Assembly: GCA_028534125.1 (NCBI GenBank) | Contig: CM052816.1 | Coordinates: 54,004,001 to 54,068,000 of the forward strand | Source: Lama glama | Lineage: Eukaryota | Direction of reading: 5' to 3' | Length of the DNA: 64,000 nt | Part shown: positions 24,642-38,639 of the stretch, in pieces | Layout: the number at the start of each line of letters is the position of its first letter | Numbering within the stretch: the stretch's first letter is position 1 | The notes under the pieces: generated by a model | Database searches by the model: none | Told to the model about the DNA's origin: nothing | The model's input: the letters and a program-made list of their open reading frames with translations, nothing else | Program-made: the position numbers and the translations under genes

Positions 24642-26369
24642 CACTTAATTATTCTTGTAACTATGGGGAGAGGAGGGAAAATTAAGCAGGTTAATTGCTG
24701 CCATCATCAACCAAAGTCTGAGACCGTGTGTTCCAAGTTTCACCACTGGATGCCTTTTGGGAACTGATGATACAACAGAGAAAGAAACAAGACAAAAGAA
24801 CCTAAGTAGCATAGCCTCAATAATTCAAAATAATAGACAGGAGGAGGGAGAAATTAGTTTGATTTTAATGAAAAGAATGAATTCTAAAATATTTTAAAGG
24901 ACTGCAGTGATTATTTTTAAGTACAGTACATTTTACAAAGCTATAAATGGGTATCTAATAAGTTAAATGAGGTAAGTTAATGAAAGAAGTAAGATTCACA
25001 AGAGGCCTACGTTATGTAATTATGTAGCATAAAACAGAAAGTCCTTTAACATGTTGAAATTAATTGCATGACCCAGAAATTGAAGGTACATTGAAGTTTT
25101 AGTTTGAAAAAGCAGTTAATTTCAGATCAGAGCTTTGTACATAGTAGGCATTCAACAGATGCTTGGTAAAGTAAAATGAACCACCTAGTAAGGTCCATTG
25201 GCAACTGCCACTCCCTCTGGATGGAGGATTACATCTAATTCCCGCTGTGTTGGCGGTAACTGCGCCCTCCTCCCCTCCAAAGCATATCCAGAGGCAACTG
25301 AGAGGGAGAAGGTACCTTTGAACACAATCTCATTTATTTTTTCAAAAAAGCAAATCATTTTTTTAAAAAAGCATCAGTAATATAACTATCAATAGTAACA
25401 AATTACTTGCTGAATTGTGCAGTTAAGAACAGCTAATTTAAGACATTTTCTGCAGAAAATTCCAATTACAGTGTGAATAGGTTAAGTGGGAAGGATTAAT
25501 AAGGAGAAGAGTAGAAACAACCAGAATAACAGATCACAGTCCGGGTTCAGGCAGAAGACCTTGCAGTGGTGATGAGAGGGTGTGCGTAACAAGAGAGGGG
25601 TGGGCACATTAGAATATAGGCGTCAAACAAGGAGGAGATTTTGTCACCTCCTTGGGTTTTTCTGGGACAGATCCCAACACTCTGCTCTGGGTGATGAGCC
25701 CAGCTCTGAACAGCAAGTCAGAACATTGGGGAAGGACATTGTCGTCCTCGGCTAGAATATTAATTGGAATCTCTCCAAAGCATTACCTCGGGTAAGATCT
25801 GCTTCCTTAGTTCTTTTCATCAGTGGGGACTCAAGTGAATTTCTAAGACCATAACATATCTTAGTATCAAGATCAATACTGAATTAGCAGACATGGCTAA
25901 GGATAACTGGGGGGAAATAATTAGCAAAATTAAGGAGGATTTGCACCACTGGGAACCATAAAAGTTATTTTATGGGTCCATGTAAATGCAATAAAATCTC
26001 TGTCTGTGCCACAATTTAATTTCACATCAAAAAGGTCCCCACAGATAGTCTGTAAGATTATTTTACTAAAATTGAATATGTCTATGTCTTCCAGTTGTGA
26101 GGAAGAAAAAGCTTACCCTGCCCAGAAAGTTACGTTTCACATGGAGGCCAGGAATAAGATCTGATCTCAAGCACTTCTGATGACAGCTACTCAAAGTAGG
26201 TAACATAATTAATTTTTATTAATAATAGCACTTCATAATTGGCAGAGGCAGAACATAATATATCAAAAGGATACTTCCAAGAATGGCACATACTTTTTTT
26301 CGAATTAAAAAGTCAAATATTAACAATAGTGGAATACAATGTGTGTCACGCACACAGATTGCTATATAT

Positions 26370-27220
26370 TTTTAGCAAATTTATTGACACATAATTCACA
26401 TACCGTATAATTCTCCCATTTAAAGCATCCAATTTAATAGTTTTTTGTATATTCACAGAGTTGTGCAACTGTCACCATAATCAATTTTAGATTTCATTAC
26501 CCCCAAAAGAAACCCCATCCCCATTAACAGTCACTCCCCCAGCCCTAGACAACCACTCATGTATTTTCCATCTCTATAGATTCGCCTATTTGGATATTTC
26601 ATATAAATGGAATCATACAATATGTGGTCTTTTGTGACTGACTTCCTGCGCTCAGCATAATGTTCTTACGTTTCATCCATGTTGTAGCATGTATCAATAC
26701 TTCGTTTCTTCTCATTGTCAACTAATTTTCCATTAGATAGCTATACTACATTTTATTTATAGACCCATCTGTTGATGGACATTTGAGTTGTTCCACTTTT
26801 TGGCTGCTATGAGTAATGTTGCTATGAACATTCTTGTACAAGTTTTTGTGTGGACAAATTTTTGTGCTTTTTCATTTCTCTTGGGTCTATACCTAGGAGT
26901 CGAATTGCTAGGTCGTATGGTACCTTTATATTTAACACTTTGGTGACCTGCCAAACCATTTTACAAAGTGGCTGCACTATTTTACATTCATATTTACATT
27001 ATATATATAAGTATTCCAATATCTCTGTATCCCCAGCTACGCTTATTTTTTATGTCTTTTTTATTATAGTCGCCTAGTAGGTATGTAGTGTTATCTCATT
27101 GTTTTGTTTTGACTAGTGATGTTTAGCACCTTTTCATTTGCTTATCAGCCATTTGTATAATTTTTAGAGAAATGCCTGATTCAGACCCTTTGGCCATGTT
27201 TAAATTGGTTTGTTTTTTTT
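26370..27220 (-). mobile_element. L1 (L1M-type) 3' fragment
   Basis: Antisense L1 3' UTR/ORF2 end ('atataaatggaatcatacaatatgtggtcttttgtgactg', 'gttgatggacatttgagttg'). Confidence 0.88.
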
Positions 27221-28769
27221 AAATAAAGCTTGACTCTTAAGTTCCATAAGGGTGAGGACTGTCATCTGTCTTGCTCTTTTCTCTGTCTCCACCCAATACT
27301 GGTCCATAGTTGTGTTTAAAATGTATCTGTTGGATGACTGAATAGTGATGGCTAAAGATAGAGATGATATAGTGCAGTTGTAGGGAATTCCTCTAATTAC
27401 CTGCCAGGCCATTGCAGGAGACAGCATGGAGGGTGGTTATGAGTAAATGCACACTGATTTACACTGATACTAAATCCCATTGCACAGTCCAGGACATATT
27501 TAGATGGTTTGCCTTTGCCGTACATGATCTTGTAGCATTCTCTTTTCCCTAAAAGTCCTAAAGCCCCCAGACTTTTGTTGTCCTGGGATCGTATGATCTG
27601 CAGGTGGTCCAAGAATTTTGTTCTGAATATATAGCTGCATGAGGATGGGAAGCTCTAATGACTAATTTATTTTAAAATCAAAGTAGAATGAAATAAAATG
27701 TAAATTACACCTTGAAGCACACTTATCCTTCTTTTGTATCTCCAAGTGAAAGTGATAGATGCAACCCCTGCATGCACAAGTGTTTTGCACAGAAAAGTTC
27801 TGTCCTTTGGCCACAACCCAACCCCAGTCAGGCATCTTACAAATCCATCTTATTGATCAAAGGGTAATTCTCTGTGTGGCTCATTGCACAAATAACTCTC
27901 AGACTAGAAAAGTAGCTTGGCCTGTATGCCTGCTGCTGAGAGTCTATGAGTTTCCTTTTCCTCTGCGAAGGACTGACTATTTCAGTCATCAAATAATGAT
28001 TTCTTTAAAAGTAAATCTAGCATATTTTATTCTGACCTAGCCCTATTTGTATTTTTCAAAACTTGGTGTTGTGAGCCAGTCAACCATAACATCAATTGCT
28101 TATTTGAGGGCTCCAGCACAATTTTCGTTGAATTAAAAACTGCCATTCTTAATTTGAAAATGAAGACAATTTTATGCAATTTATTTTAAATGAATTATGG
28201 TGGAGTTTAAAATAATTCCTGAAGGAATCATTGTACCTGGTAGTGTTCTGGTTTTTGTGGCTGCAGGTCCTAGAAGCTAGTTTTTACTTCAGCATAACTT
28301 TTCTATAGACGCACCCTCTGGACCCCAGAGAGCTGCTCTTGACCTGGATAGGATACACATGTTAGGAATACAGAAGAAAGGCCATGTAAGGGAAGTAATC
28401 TAGAGGGTCCCCTCAGGTACAGGGAGGCTCCCACTTTCCTCAAACATCTGCCCTGCTGGTGTACAGTTTGGGGTCCACAGCTTTCTGAAGCGTCATGGGA
28501 TGAAGAGGTAATAGGAATATCTTTGGGGTGGGGAGAGTGGGCAGAAGTTCAGATGGGCTTCCTCAGACTCTTTTCCCTGCTTTTATCTGCCCTTGTGGTA
28601 GACATCTGAGCGATCATCAAGTTTAAGGTCACAGCCTTTATAATCCAATCTGTCTCAGCCAGTTTAGGCAATGAAAGCAGGACCAGGAATCAAACTTATT
28701 TACTTAAATCCACACAGCAGGATGATCTAGTTTGGTCCAGTGAAAGAATGAAGCTTGAAGGGAGAATCA

Positions 28770-28940
28770 GAAGTAGGATTCTAGTTCCAGCTTTGTTACC
28801 AATTAGCTGTGACCTTGAGCAAATCAACTTAACTTCTCTGTGACTCAATGTCTTCATTTTCAAATGGGAATGAAGACACCTGCTTTAACTTAGTTTGCTA
28901 TGATAATCAGATGAGATTACATACATGAAAATTCCCTAAA
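28770..28940 (+). mobile_element. MIR SINE
   Basis: 'ttctagttccagctttgttaccaattagctgtgaccttgagcaaatca..tcttcattttcaaatggg'. Confidence 0.75.
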
Positions 28941-30639
28941 ATTTTTTAAAAGCAATAAAAAATGGCAGGTTTAAAAATGCTATCCATTAAAAGAATCTGA
29001 AAATATATGTATATATGTATGTATATGCATACCTGAAACTAACATTGTAAATCAACTACACCTCAATATAAAATAAAATTTGAAAAGAGTAGAAAAACTG
29101 CTATCCATTTATGTATAAAGTGGCTTAAAAATTATAAATAAATATAAAGTAAGTATATTTATTATAAGTAATAAATATAAATAAATATTAAGTAAATAAA
29201 GTAAGCAAGTAAAAGTTGAAATAATACAAACTAGAAATTTATAAGAAAATATTCAGCATCATTTTTATTGTTCTATCAAATTTTATAGGGAAAGAAAGCC
29301 TATATAATAACAAGGTCTACTGGTTAATCAGGCTCTCAGGGAAAAAAAGCATAAGATCTATAAATAAGCATTGATCTGAGGTAAAGGTCTATGAAACTGT
29401 TGCATTTTCAACAAATAAGCAAAAGGCCCAATCTCAGTAGTGAGGTTACTTGCCTGACCTGAGTTGAGGTAACTTGGGTTTTGGGTCAGGAGATCTGGGC
29501 TTGAGGACAACTTGGCTACTTAATGTGGTAGTTTACGTGCCATGACCAAGCCATGAATGCCTAGAATGGTCTGGTGCCTGTTCACACCTATAGTACCATG
29601 TAAAGCATTAATACATGTCACTCAAGCCCGATGTCGGAGAAGTGAGTCTTGAAATTCTTGCCGTACCAGCACTGTGGCATCCTCCCCTTAACCATGCTTG
29701 GAGTCTGGAACCAAGGAGTTTTCCATTTGTGTCCACTCAAGGGCTTTCTAAGGACTGGCTGAGTCATGGCCTCTTTCAAGTAGAAAAACTGCAACACCCC
29801 CAGATAAGCTAGATATCTGTTTATAGCAAAGAACTCTAGCCATATCTGTGATGCCCAGTGGAAGCCGGTAACTGGGAGGGAAAAGATGCTGCAAAGTGGA
29901 AAATCACCAGGAATGAATGAGGAGTCTGGAAGAGTGTCATGGGGCAGGAAGTGCCATGGGGCTGTGCTCAGAATCCCCCAACTTAGCTCTCTTCGGATGG
30001 TCCAGGGGTCCCAGAGGGAGAGCAGGACTAAGGGGGCTGTGTCTGGGAGTGCCAGCTCCTGTTGCTAAGCTACCTCCTCTGAGAACCAGAGTCAGGTGCT
30101 TTCCTGCAACGTGGAGAGGAAGGTAAGCAGTGAAGACCCACAGGAAGTGATGTGAGGAAATGCTAACAGGAGAAGTGGAGAAGGAGCCCAGAGAGCTTCT
30201 GCCCTGTACCAACACCCAAAATTCCAGAGCCAGGAAGGCAGTGAGCAGGAGCTGAAGCAAGGGACCACTGAGAGGAGGTAGGCAGCTCTGATTAGACATC
30301 AGCTATCAGCCCTCCTGGAAACTCCTACAGAGAGTTATAAGGAATGGAAAGGAGCGAAGTCCTGACATTCTGGCAGGTGGAGGCAACTGCTTTAGCAGAC
30401 TTGGGTTCAAGAAACTAGAGTGTCCTTTACCTAAAACTCACACTGGGTGGGAAACTCTTAGGTTACATCATGGCTGGGCTGGGTCTGCATGGACCAATTC
30501 TGTTGCCCATTTTCAATCAGGTTAAGCAACAATCCTCCCAAAACACACACACACATAGCATTAATAGTTATTTAACCAGATTGACCTCTGCTTTTCATGT
30601 AGGGGTAGATTTAGCATCTCATATGTGAGGTGCACCTGT

Positions 30640-30900
30640 TCCTCCCTCCCTCTAACCCCTGGCAATCACTTATCTTTTTACAGTTGTTTTGCCTTTTCTT
30701 GAGTGTCATTGAAATCATACAATGTGTAGTCCTTTAAGATTGCCTTCTTTCACTTAATAATATGCATTTAAGTTTCCTTCCTGTCTTTTCATGGCTTGAT
30801 AGCACATTTCTTTTTAGTGATGTATAATTGTCCATTGTATGGATATACCACAATTTATTTATCCATTTACCTAGCAAAGGACATGTTGTTTGCTGCCAGA
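30640..30900 (-). mobile_element. L1 3' fragment
   Basis: 'ctaacccctggcaatcact..cttctttcacttaataatatgcatttaag'. Confidence 0.75.
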
Positions 30901-31594
30901 GATTTTTTTAAGCACCCAATTCCCTGCATTAAATACTTTCATGCTGAAGATACTTACAGTAGTTTTTATTTCCTGCACTTTACTCTGATATACAGGAGAA
31001 AGTGTCTATTAAAATAGATTCTGTTGGCATAGAGCAGAAGTCACGACAGAATAGAGTCCAGCTCAGAAATAGATTTACCTAACCACTGCTTTTCTAATGT
31101 GTATTTTCATCATGTTGGTTGAACTCCTCTGACACCTCCACCTTGTTCTTCTCCCTGTGGGAGTGAAGAAATTACTGTCACTGACCAAGCTCAAAAAAGA
31201 ATTGGGGGGTCTAAGGTTCAGACTTCATAACAGAACCAGCATAATTGGGCTCCCCCTGCTTCTATGTCTTTGCTCCTACAGATAGTTCTTCTCTCAGTTC
31301 TAAGAGAACACTGAGTTTTTTCTCATCACATGGTCTTTCCACTTGTGTAAGGGATGCCCTTCCTCCAGCTCACCACATGTCTGGACCTTTTGCATCCTTC
31401 AGGTTTTAGTTCAAATGTTACCTCCTTATGTAATGTAAACCCTCACTGTTGTTTTCCAGGATGTCTCCCTTTTTCACGGAGAGATATACTTAATTCAGGC
31501 ACTAAGGATCTCAAGCTTTACTTCTGATCAAGCAAAAGCTCTGTCCATATCTGACCAGTTACATATGAGAGGCAGTATGGGAAGAGAATTCATT

Positions 31595-32165
31595 TTCATT
31601 ATCTGTTGCTGTGCAACAAACCATCTCAAAAATTGGTGAAGACAGTTTGTTATCAACTCTCACAAATCTGTAAGTTAACTAGTTCTAACTGGATGGTTAT
31701 TCTGTTGGTCTTTCTTGCAGTTTCTCATGTAGTTGCCATCAGACAGTGGTTAGCTCTGGCACATCCAGAATGGCTTCACTCACATGTTTGGTGCTTTGGT
31801 AGGGATACTTGGAAGGCTGGATCCAGTTTGATGCTGGGATGGCTAGGCGTCTCTCTTCTACGCAGTCTCAGGGCCTCTCCCTGTCCCCATGGCTTCCCCA
31901 CACTATGTCTCCATGTGGTTTCTCCAATAAAGTAGCTAAACTTCTAACATGGTGGCCCACAGCTCCCAACAGCACAAAAACAGAAGCTGCCAGGCCTTCT
32001 GAAGGCATATTGCTAGATCTGATACAACATCACTTCTGCCACATCTTTTGATTAAATCAAGTTATAGAGCCAGTCCAGATTCCATGTGGAAGGGGACCAT
32101 AGAAGGATGTGAATACTGGGAGGCCTGGTGCATTGGGGTTCATCTTTGCATACTAGCTACCATAG
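31595..32165 (-). mobile_element. MaLR (MLT1-like) solo LTR
   Basis: 'ttatctgttgctgtgcaacaaacca..catcacttctgccacatc..ggatgtgaatactgggagg..tagctacca'. Confidence 0.75.
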
Positions 32166-32819
32166 TACTTAAACATTGTCAGTCAGTGGACTTTGTCAAC
32201 ATTCATCAAGCCGGCTAATGAGTAATAATGATGACCACTCGTGATAATGAAGGTAATGATGATGATGAATGAGAATTCTATCTGCTATTTAAAACTGTTT
32301 TTCTTCTTGAGAATTTGAGATAGTTCCTAGGAAACCATAGGAAGAGTCTCCAAGAACTGGGCTTCAAATGATCTAAGAATCAAAAAAGTTAAAAGCAACA
32401 CATGGTGGATGATGTTAGCCATCTGGAAAAATCTTTAGGGCTAACCTCTAAATCACTCAAGAAAAGTAGCCATTAAATTTCATAAATAGGAGGGTGTTGA
32501 TAACCAAAAAGAGAGAGTTTTCATGGAGAGTTGGGTTGGAAATCAGAATACAGCGGGTAAAGGAGTGAATGGGATGTGGCAACATGGGCAGGACAAGGGT
32601 AACAACTTTTTCAAGCAATGTAGCCAGGAGCTCGGATGCATTACTGGTGAGAAAGGAAATAGGTACAATCTTTCTGGGTGGTAATTAGGCAGCAGACAAT
32701 AAAAGCTTTGACTATATTAATCTCTTTTGACCCAGTTTTTCAACTTTTAAGAAATTAGCTTCATGAAATAATCAGACATGTGCAAGGATTTATATACCAA
32801 GAAATTCACTAAACAATTT

Positions 32820-33440
32820 TTTTTGTTTTATTGTGAAATATACCTTATATACAGAAGCATGCAGCAAATATTGGAGTTTAAAGAATAGTAATAAAGTAAG
32901 TACCTATCTAGCCACAGTCCAGGATAACAAGTAAGACATTTCTCCCCATGTGCCCTTTCCCAGTTTCATGTCTCTCTCCACTGCTACGAGTAACAATCAT
33001 CCTAACCTTTGAACAATCATTTCTTTGCTTTTCCTTTATAGTTTTACCACCTTTGAATGTATGTCTACATGATGTAATGTTTAGTTTTGTATGCTTTTGA
33101 ATTTAATACAAATGCAGTCATGCTGTTTGTATTCTTCTATAATTTGCTTCTTTTCTTCTCCATTTTGTCTTTAAGTTGCTTCATTGTTGATGGGTGTGGT
33201 TCCAGTTCATTCATTTCTACTGTGGTATAATATTTATCTATTCTACCTTGATAAATATTTGATTATCTATTTTACTTTTGCTATTATGACCAACTTTTCA
33301 AACAATGCTAAACTGTTTTCCAAGGTGATTTTACTAATTTACCTTTTGATGTATGAGAGTTTGAGTTACACCACATCCTCATCAACAGTTAAAATTGTCA
33401 AACATTTCACTTTTGCCAATCTGAGGTAGAGAATGGTATC
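32820..33440 (-). mobile_element. Old L1 (L1ME-like) 3' fragment
   Basis: Degenerate T-rich antisense L1 motifs ('aatgctaaactgttttccaagg', 'ccacatcctcatcaaca'). Confidence 0.6.
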
Positions 33441-34019
33441 TGTCAAGCAGAGCACTGTGTACCAGTTGCCAATATTGGGGGAGGGCTCCAACTACTTGGA
33501 GGATAGCAAAGGTCATTGCCGTGCCAGCCACCAGGAATAGAAATCCAAAAACTTCAGCCCACTGTATTTTGGTACTGGAGTCACCAAGGGAAACACAACA
33601 TGGTCATGCATTGGATGGAATGCATTTACCCACATAGCAGAGTAACAGAGCAAAATCAGCTCTAATAGTGTGTGTTGGTTTCCCATGGCTAGAGGGTCCC
33701 CTTAGCAGCCAGTGCAAGGCAATGCCCAACATGACAGTTGGCCTTCTTTTACTGAATAGGAGAACCCTGACCCCCATGGAGTCTGAAATACTGAAAGCCA
33801 GCGTGCCTGAGGTCATAGACACACAGGTTCAAGCAGAACAAAAGAGCACACATTGAGCCTGAATCAGGAAAAGATAATCCACATAAGGCGATAAACCCAG
33901 CACAGGCTGTGCGGGCTCTTTGTCTCTTGATTAGGAAGTGTTCCAGGCCCAAGGCCCAAGCAGGGACTAAAAGACTGCACATGAGACAGGCTTTCCCAGT
34001 GATATCTTATTATGTTCTT

Positions 34020-34500
34020 TCTAATTACAGTTTTATTGAGGTACAATTCACATTTCATACAGCTCACCCACTTTAGAGTGTACAGCTCAATGGTATTTAG
34101 TATATTCACAGAGTTGTGCAATCATTACCAAGACCTTATTTTTAGAACATGTTTATTACCCTAAAGAGGAACCCTATATCCATCAGCAGTTACTCCCTAT
34201 TACCTCCAGCCCCTGACAACTACTGACCTACTTCCTGTCTCTACGGATTTTCTACGCTGGGTGTTTCATACAGATGGAATTCCGTCTGTATGTTGCCTTT
34301 TGTGACTGGCTTCTTTCACTTAGCATACTGTTACCAAGGTTCATCAATGTTGTAACATATATCAGTACTTCATTCTTCATTTCTTTTTACTTTATGAATA
34401 GTAAACCATTATATGGGTATACTAAATTTTATATTATATGTTTTATGATGAATGTTTATCCATTCATTAGTTGATGAACATTTGGGTTGTTTATTTTCTT
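34020..34500 (-). mobile_element. L1 (L1MB-like) 3' end
   Basis: 'cagttttattgaggtacaattcaca..ttttgtgactggcttctttcacttagcat'. Confidence 0.85.
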
Positions 34501-34628
34501 ATTGCAGAATGCAAGGTCTTAAAACACTTTAATTCCATTTATTCCCCTCAGGACTTCTATGAAACTGTTGTCATGTATTTTAGCTTTAAATTATTGTCAT
34601 GGACTCAATGTTAAAAATGTAAACAATT

Positions 34629-34774
34629 GAGGGGAGGGTATAGTTCAGTGGTAGTGTGCATGCCTCACATACACAAGGTCCTGGGTTCAATCCCCAGTAC
34701 CTTCATTAAAATAACTAAATAAAAACCTAATTACTTTCCCTGCCAGAAAGAATAAAAAAATAAATAAAAAAAAT
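34629..34774 (+). mobile_element. tRNA-derived SINE (vic-1-like) with a 20-bp TSD
   Basis: GGGGAGGGTATAGTTCAGTGG A-box, GGTTCAATCCC B-box and A-rich tail; perfect TSD TGTTAAAAATGTAAACAATT at 34609-34628 and 34775-34794. Confidence 0.92.
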
Positions 34775-35115
34775 TGTTAAAAATGTAAACAATTTAAAAC
34801 AATTGCATAGAGAACATGAAGGGGATAAACAGAGTTAAAGTTTTCTAAGATCTTGAATTTTACAGTAGAAAAGTAGATATGTTAATTACAAAGATTGATA
34901 CATAGGTTGTTGTTTTGTAATTAATTTTTAAAATTTACCCACATAATTACTTTTTTATTATTCATTTGTTTTCATTTCAGACCTTCTATTTGAACTTACA
35001 TTCTTTCCAGTATAAATATATGTGTGTGTTTAAATATCAATGAGCCAAGAAAATAAAACACTGTCAACTTAGAATTCTATACCAAGTGAGAGTATCTTCC
35101 AAGAATGAGGGCAAG

Positions 35116-35197
35116 GTGGAAGAGTACAGCTCAGTGGTGGAATGCATGCCTAGCATGTGCAAGGTCCTGAATTCAATCTCCAGGACTTCTGTTAAAA

Positions 35198-35240
<43 letters not shown>

Positions 35241-35287
35241 ACCTAATTATCTCCCCCTCATAAAAATTTTAAATTAAAAAAAAAGAC
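35116..35287 (+). mobile_element. tRNA-derived SINE (vic-1-like) with internal (AAAT)n, inserted in an L1 ORF1 remnant
   Basis: A/B boxes and TSD AATGAGGGCAAG at 35104-35115 and 35288-35299. The flanks rejoin into L1 ORF1-like sequence ('gtcaacttagaattctatacca..ttttcagataaa'). Confidence 0.9.
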
Positions 35288-36629
35288 AATGAGGGCAAGA
35301 TGAAAGTATTTTCAGATAAAAACACAGAGACAGTTTGCTAGCAGGAGATGCACACTAAAGGAAATTCTAATGAATATAGTTTGGCACATTGAAAGTATCA
35401 TTCCATTGGCTTCTAGTGTCCATTATCTCTCTAGGGAGCATAGATCTTAATTTATCTATTGCTCTTTTCAAAGTAAACTACCTTTTATTCCTGGCTGCTT
35501 TTAAGATTTTTGTTTGTTTGTTTGATTGTTTGTATTTGCTTTTCTGGCTTCTGTCTTCATGTAGTCTTTGGCTTGGATATTCTTTATTTCCTTGCTCCTT
35601 GATGCTTTTGAATATGGTAGATTTGTTTTCAATGGGATTATCTATCTGGGAGCTTGGCCTGGCATGATACCAGAAGTGAAACATCACCATTTAGTAATAC
35701 AAAATTAGAAACAATCTTGCTACCCAATAATAACTACTGGTTAAATAAAAGGATATAGCCTTTCAATGGAATAACATATAGCCTTTTAACTCATATTTTT
35801 AATGGGAAACATTTGTCTTTTTAAAGGGTATAGTTTATCAAAGCAGGGTAAAAGGTAGGGTTGGAACTTGGATGCTTTGGGAGCTTCCTTTGTTTTAGGC
35901 CTGTCCTATGAGTATTTATATGGATTAATGCTTTTAATATATACAACAGCCCATGGCATAGAGGTTATTGTTCCTCATCTAAAGAAAATACTCAGAAGGA
36001 GTCAATAACTTGCCCAAAATAATCCACCAAGGACAAAGAAAATTATAAGTGACTATGTATATTAACTGTCTGAAGAAAAGATACTAACAGAAGGCCAAGA
36101 GCCAGGGAAAGGTGAGAGAAAGAGCCAGCTTGGGGGGGGGGTGCTCTGTCTACCTCTATACGAGTGGTGAGGATACTAACTGACTGATGTGAGATCTGAT
36201 CAGTTTGACCAACACATCTCTGTAATGGCATCAGACAAATATAGAGCCATGGAGCACATCCAGCTAACTCTCCCACTCTCACTCCATGACCATCAGCTCT
36301 CTTCTGATACATATTTTCCTGCAGATGAAAGGATGTGTGTCCCAGTTTAACCATCTAGGCAGTGGTCTTTCTCACTATAAATTAGTACTTTGGGCTTTGA
36401 GTTTATTCATCTGTCCCTTGGAAGTCAGATCATGTGACCCCATCCCTCTGAGCTCTGTCATTTCTTGGTGCTCTCACAAAGTTGAGTTTCTGGACCTGCA
36501 AAGCTGAGGACCAAATCTTGGACCAAGAGTACTCTTGCAAAGTAATTCCCTGGGAGCCCCTCAGTGGCAGCCAGCTAGTCTATCTGGTATCTTCACTTTG
36601 CTTAATTTAAGTGTAGTTTGAGTAAGTTG

Positions 36630-37215
36630 TTGAAATGTGCTGTCAGTTATCAAGTTTTTATCTCTTACATTTAAACCCACCTGTCTATACTTTGCAATAT
36701 GATGCTAGGTCTAGAATTCTGAAAATAACATTTCTTCTTTGTCAGGGAGCCTGTAATGCTAGAGGAGGAAAGAAGGGACTTGCACTTTGCTGTGCTTCCT
36801 GAATGTTTCCTGTTTCTGTGAGCATCATGCTAGCATCTCTCACTCTTTTCTCTCTTTTAATCCTAACAGCTCCAGTTCCTTCCTGTAGCAGCAGCTTAAT
36901 TCAGTTTTGAGTTGTTCTCAACATTGCAGAACCATATTCATCCTGCCTTCTCAGAGATACCTGTGTAAGCTAAGGCCCTCTTTTTAGAGATCAACTTCCT
37001 TCTCTGATTTCCTAAGTTTTAACAATTCCAATTTCTTTTCTTCATTCCCCGGTTCTAGGGGTTGTAAATGCTTCTTGCAGCTGATACTTCAGAGACACTT
37101 CATTTTGCCTTTTCCTTTACTTAGTTAACAACTGTATACATAGATAACAATTATATTTTCTCTGTTCTAGTAACTGGTATGGTTTCTGTCTCTTGACTGT
37201 ACCTTGAATGATACA
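36630..37215. mobile_element. Old ERVL-class solo LTR (LTR33/41-like)
   Basis: Ends 'ggtttctgtctcttgactgtaccttgaatgataca', resembling old ERVL LTR termini. Confidence 0.5.
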
Positions 37216-38466
37216 GATGTATAAGAGCTACAATTTTCTGCTCTTTCTTTTATTGAAATTGGCAAGAGGATATTTACTCATGTCTAAGAATTTATACATG
37301 ATTTGCAAAACATAACAAAACAAAACCCAAAACAAGATGAGTTCACATCATACAATTTGTCAAAATAGGAAGAAATCTAGAAGAAATAAATGAACAATAA
37401 AATGGCATATTTTGTAGATATTTGATATTTTCCCCCATTCTCCACAACTGAGCAGTTGCTCATAGTGCTCTTATATCTTTTTCTTAGTTCTGGAAGCCAG
37501 TAAATCCCAAAATAACACCATTACAGTAAAACAAGCTGCATAGCCCAAAGATGGATTTACTGGAATGATGTCAAATGATTGTTTCCGTAGTATTGAGTGC
37601 TTACTTTAGGACTTTCTTAGAGCTGAGTTGTTGAAAGGTTATTATTTTGGCTTGAGGAGAAGCTTGAAAGGATATTCTAGGGGAAGAGAGCATGGCTTAA
37701 CAGTGCTTACTTCTGGGGCAGTTCTGGGGCTGCCTGGAGAACAAAGGAAGAACAACTCAAGGACATGTTTTGAACAGTGTGTAGCCAAAGTTGTCTCCAA
37801 GAGGAGAAACAGCTTAGCTGTTAATGTTAAAGAAATAAGCAGTACTGAGGCTTATACCAAAATTTAAATTTAAAAATTGTGGTTTTGTGTAATTAGCCAG
37901 GCTTAGATTGCTGAATATTGCTGAAAAATGTACATGCTTCAGATCAGTTTAGGATGTCCCAGTTCAAAAAGGAAAGCTTCTTGAGCAGAGTTACCCTATC
38001 AGCTGATCACCTACTTATGACATAAATTTCCTTCATTTTCCCTGCAATCTTTAACCTCCCTCCATCACAGGTCTGGGCAACACAGGTGTAGCTCAAGGCA
38101 GGATTTATGGAAATAATTGTCTGTTTTTATATTTCTGCAGTAAGCCAAGGATGCCTATTTCAGAGAAGTTAACCCATGTACCTTTTTCCTCTAGACAGCA
38201 TTTCAATATTAATAATATATAAAAGTGACCAGATAGGCTTAAGTCTTTTTGAGGACTGTGATTACAAGATATGCAACCTTTCCCATCATCTACACAGTTC
38301 TCTTTCCCAAGCACAGCACCAAAGATATTTGAATCAAATTGTATTATATATCTGAAGCATTTAACTCCTCATCCCTTACTACAGTCTTAACTTTACCATC
38401 AGTAAGACCTCCATTCTAATCTTTGTCTTGCCTCATTCATAGACCCCTCTTAATTATCCTCTTTTT

Positions 38467-38595
38467 GGGGAGGATATAGCTCAAATGGTAGAGCACATGC
38501 TTAGCACAAACAAGGTCCTGGATTCAATTCCTAGTACCTCCTCTAAAAATAAATAAGTGTACTTAATTACCTCCCCTACCCCCTACCCCCAAAAT
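38467..38595 (+). mobile_element. tRNA-derived SINE (vic-1-like)
   Basis: GGGGAGGATATAGCTCAAATGGTAGAGCACATGCTTAGC head; TSD TTATCCTCTTTTT at 38454-38466 and 38596-38608. Confidence 0.9.
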
Positions 38596-38639
38596 TTATC
38601 CTCTTTTTTCAATTACCTCCCAAGACACCAAACTCCTAG

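Noticed and set aside
29790..30450. Purine/GC-richer block resembling an LTR or exon
   Set aside because: I could not identify termini, a TSD, a family or splice-consistent coding signal by eye, so it is left uncalled.
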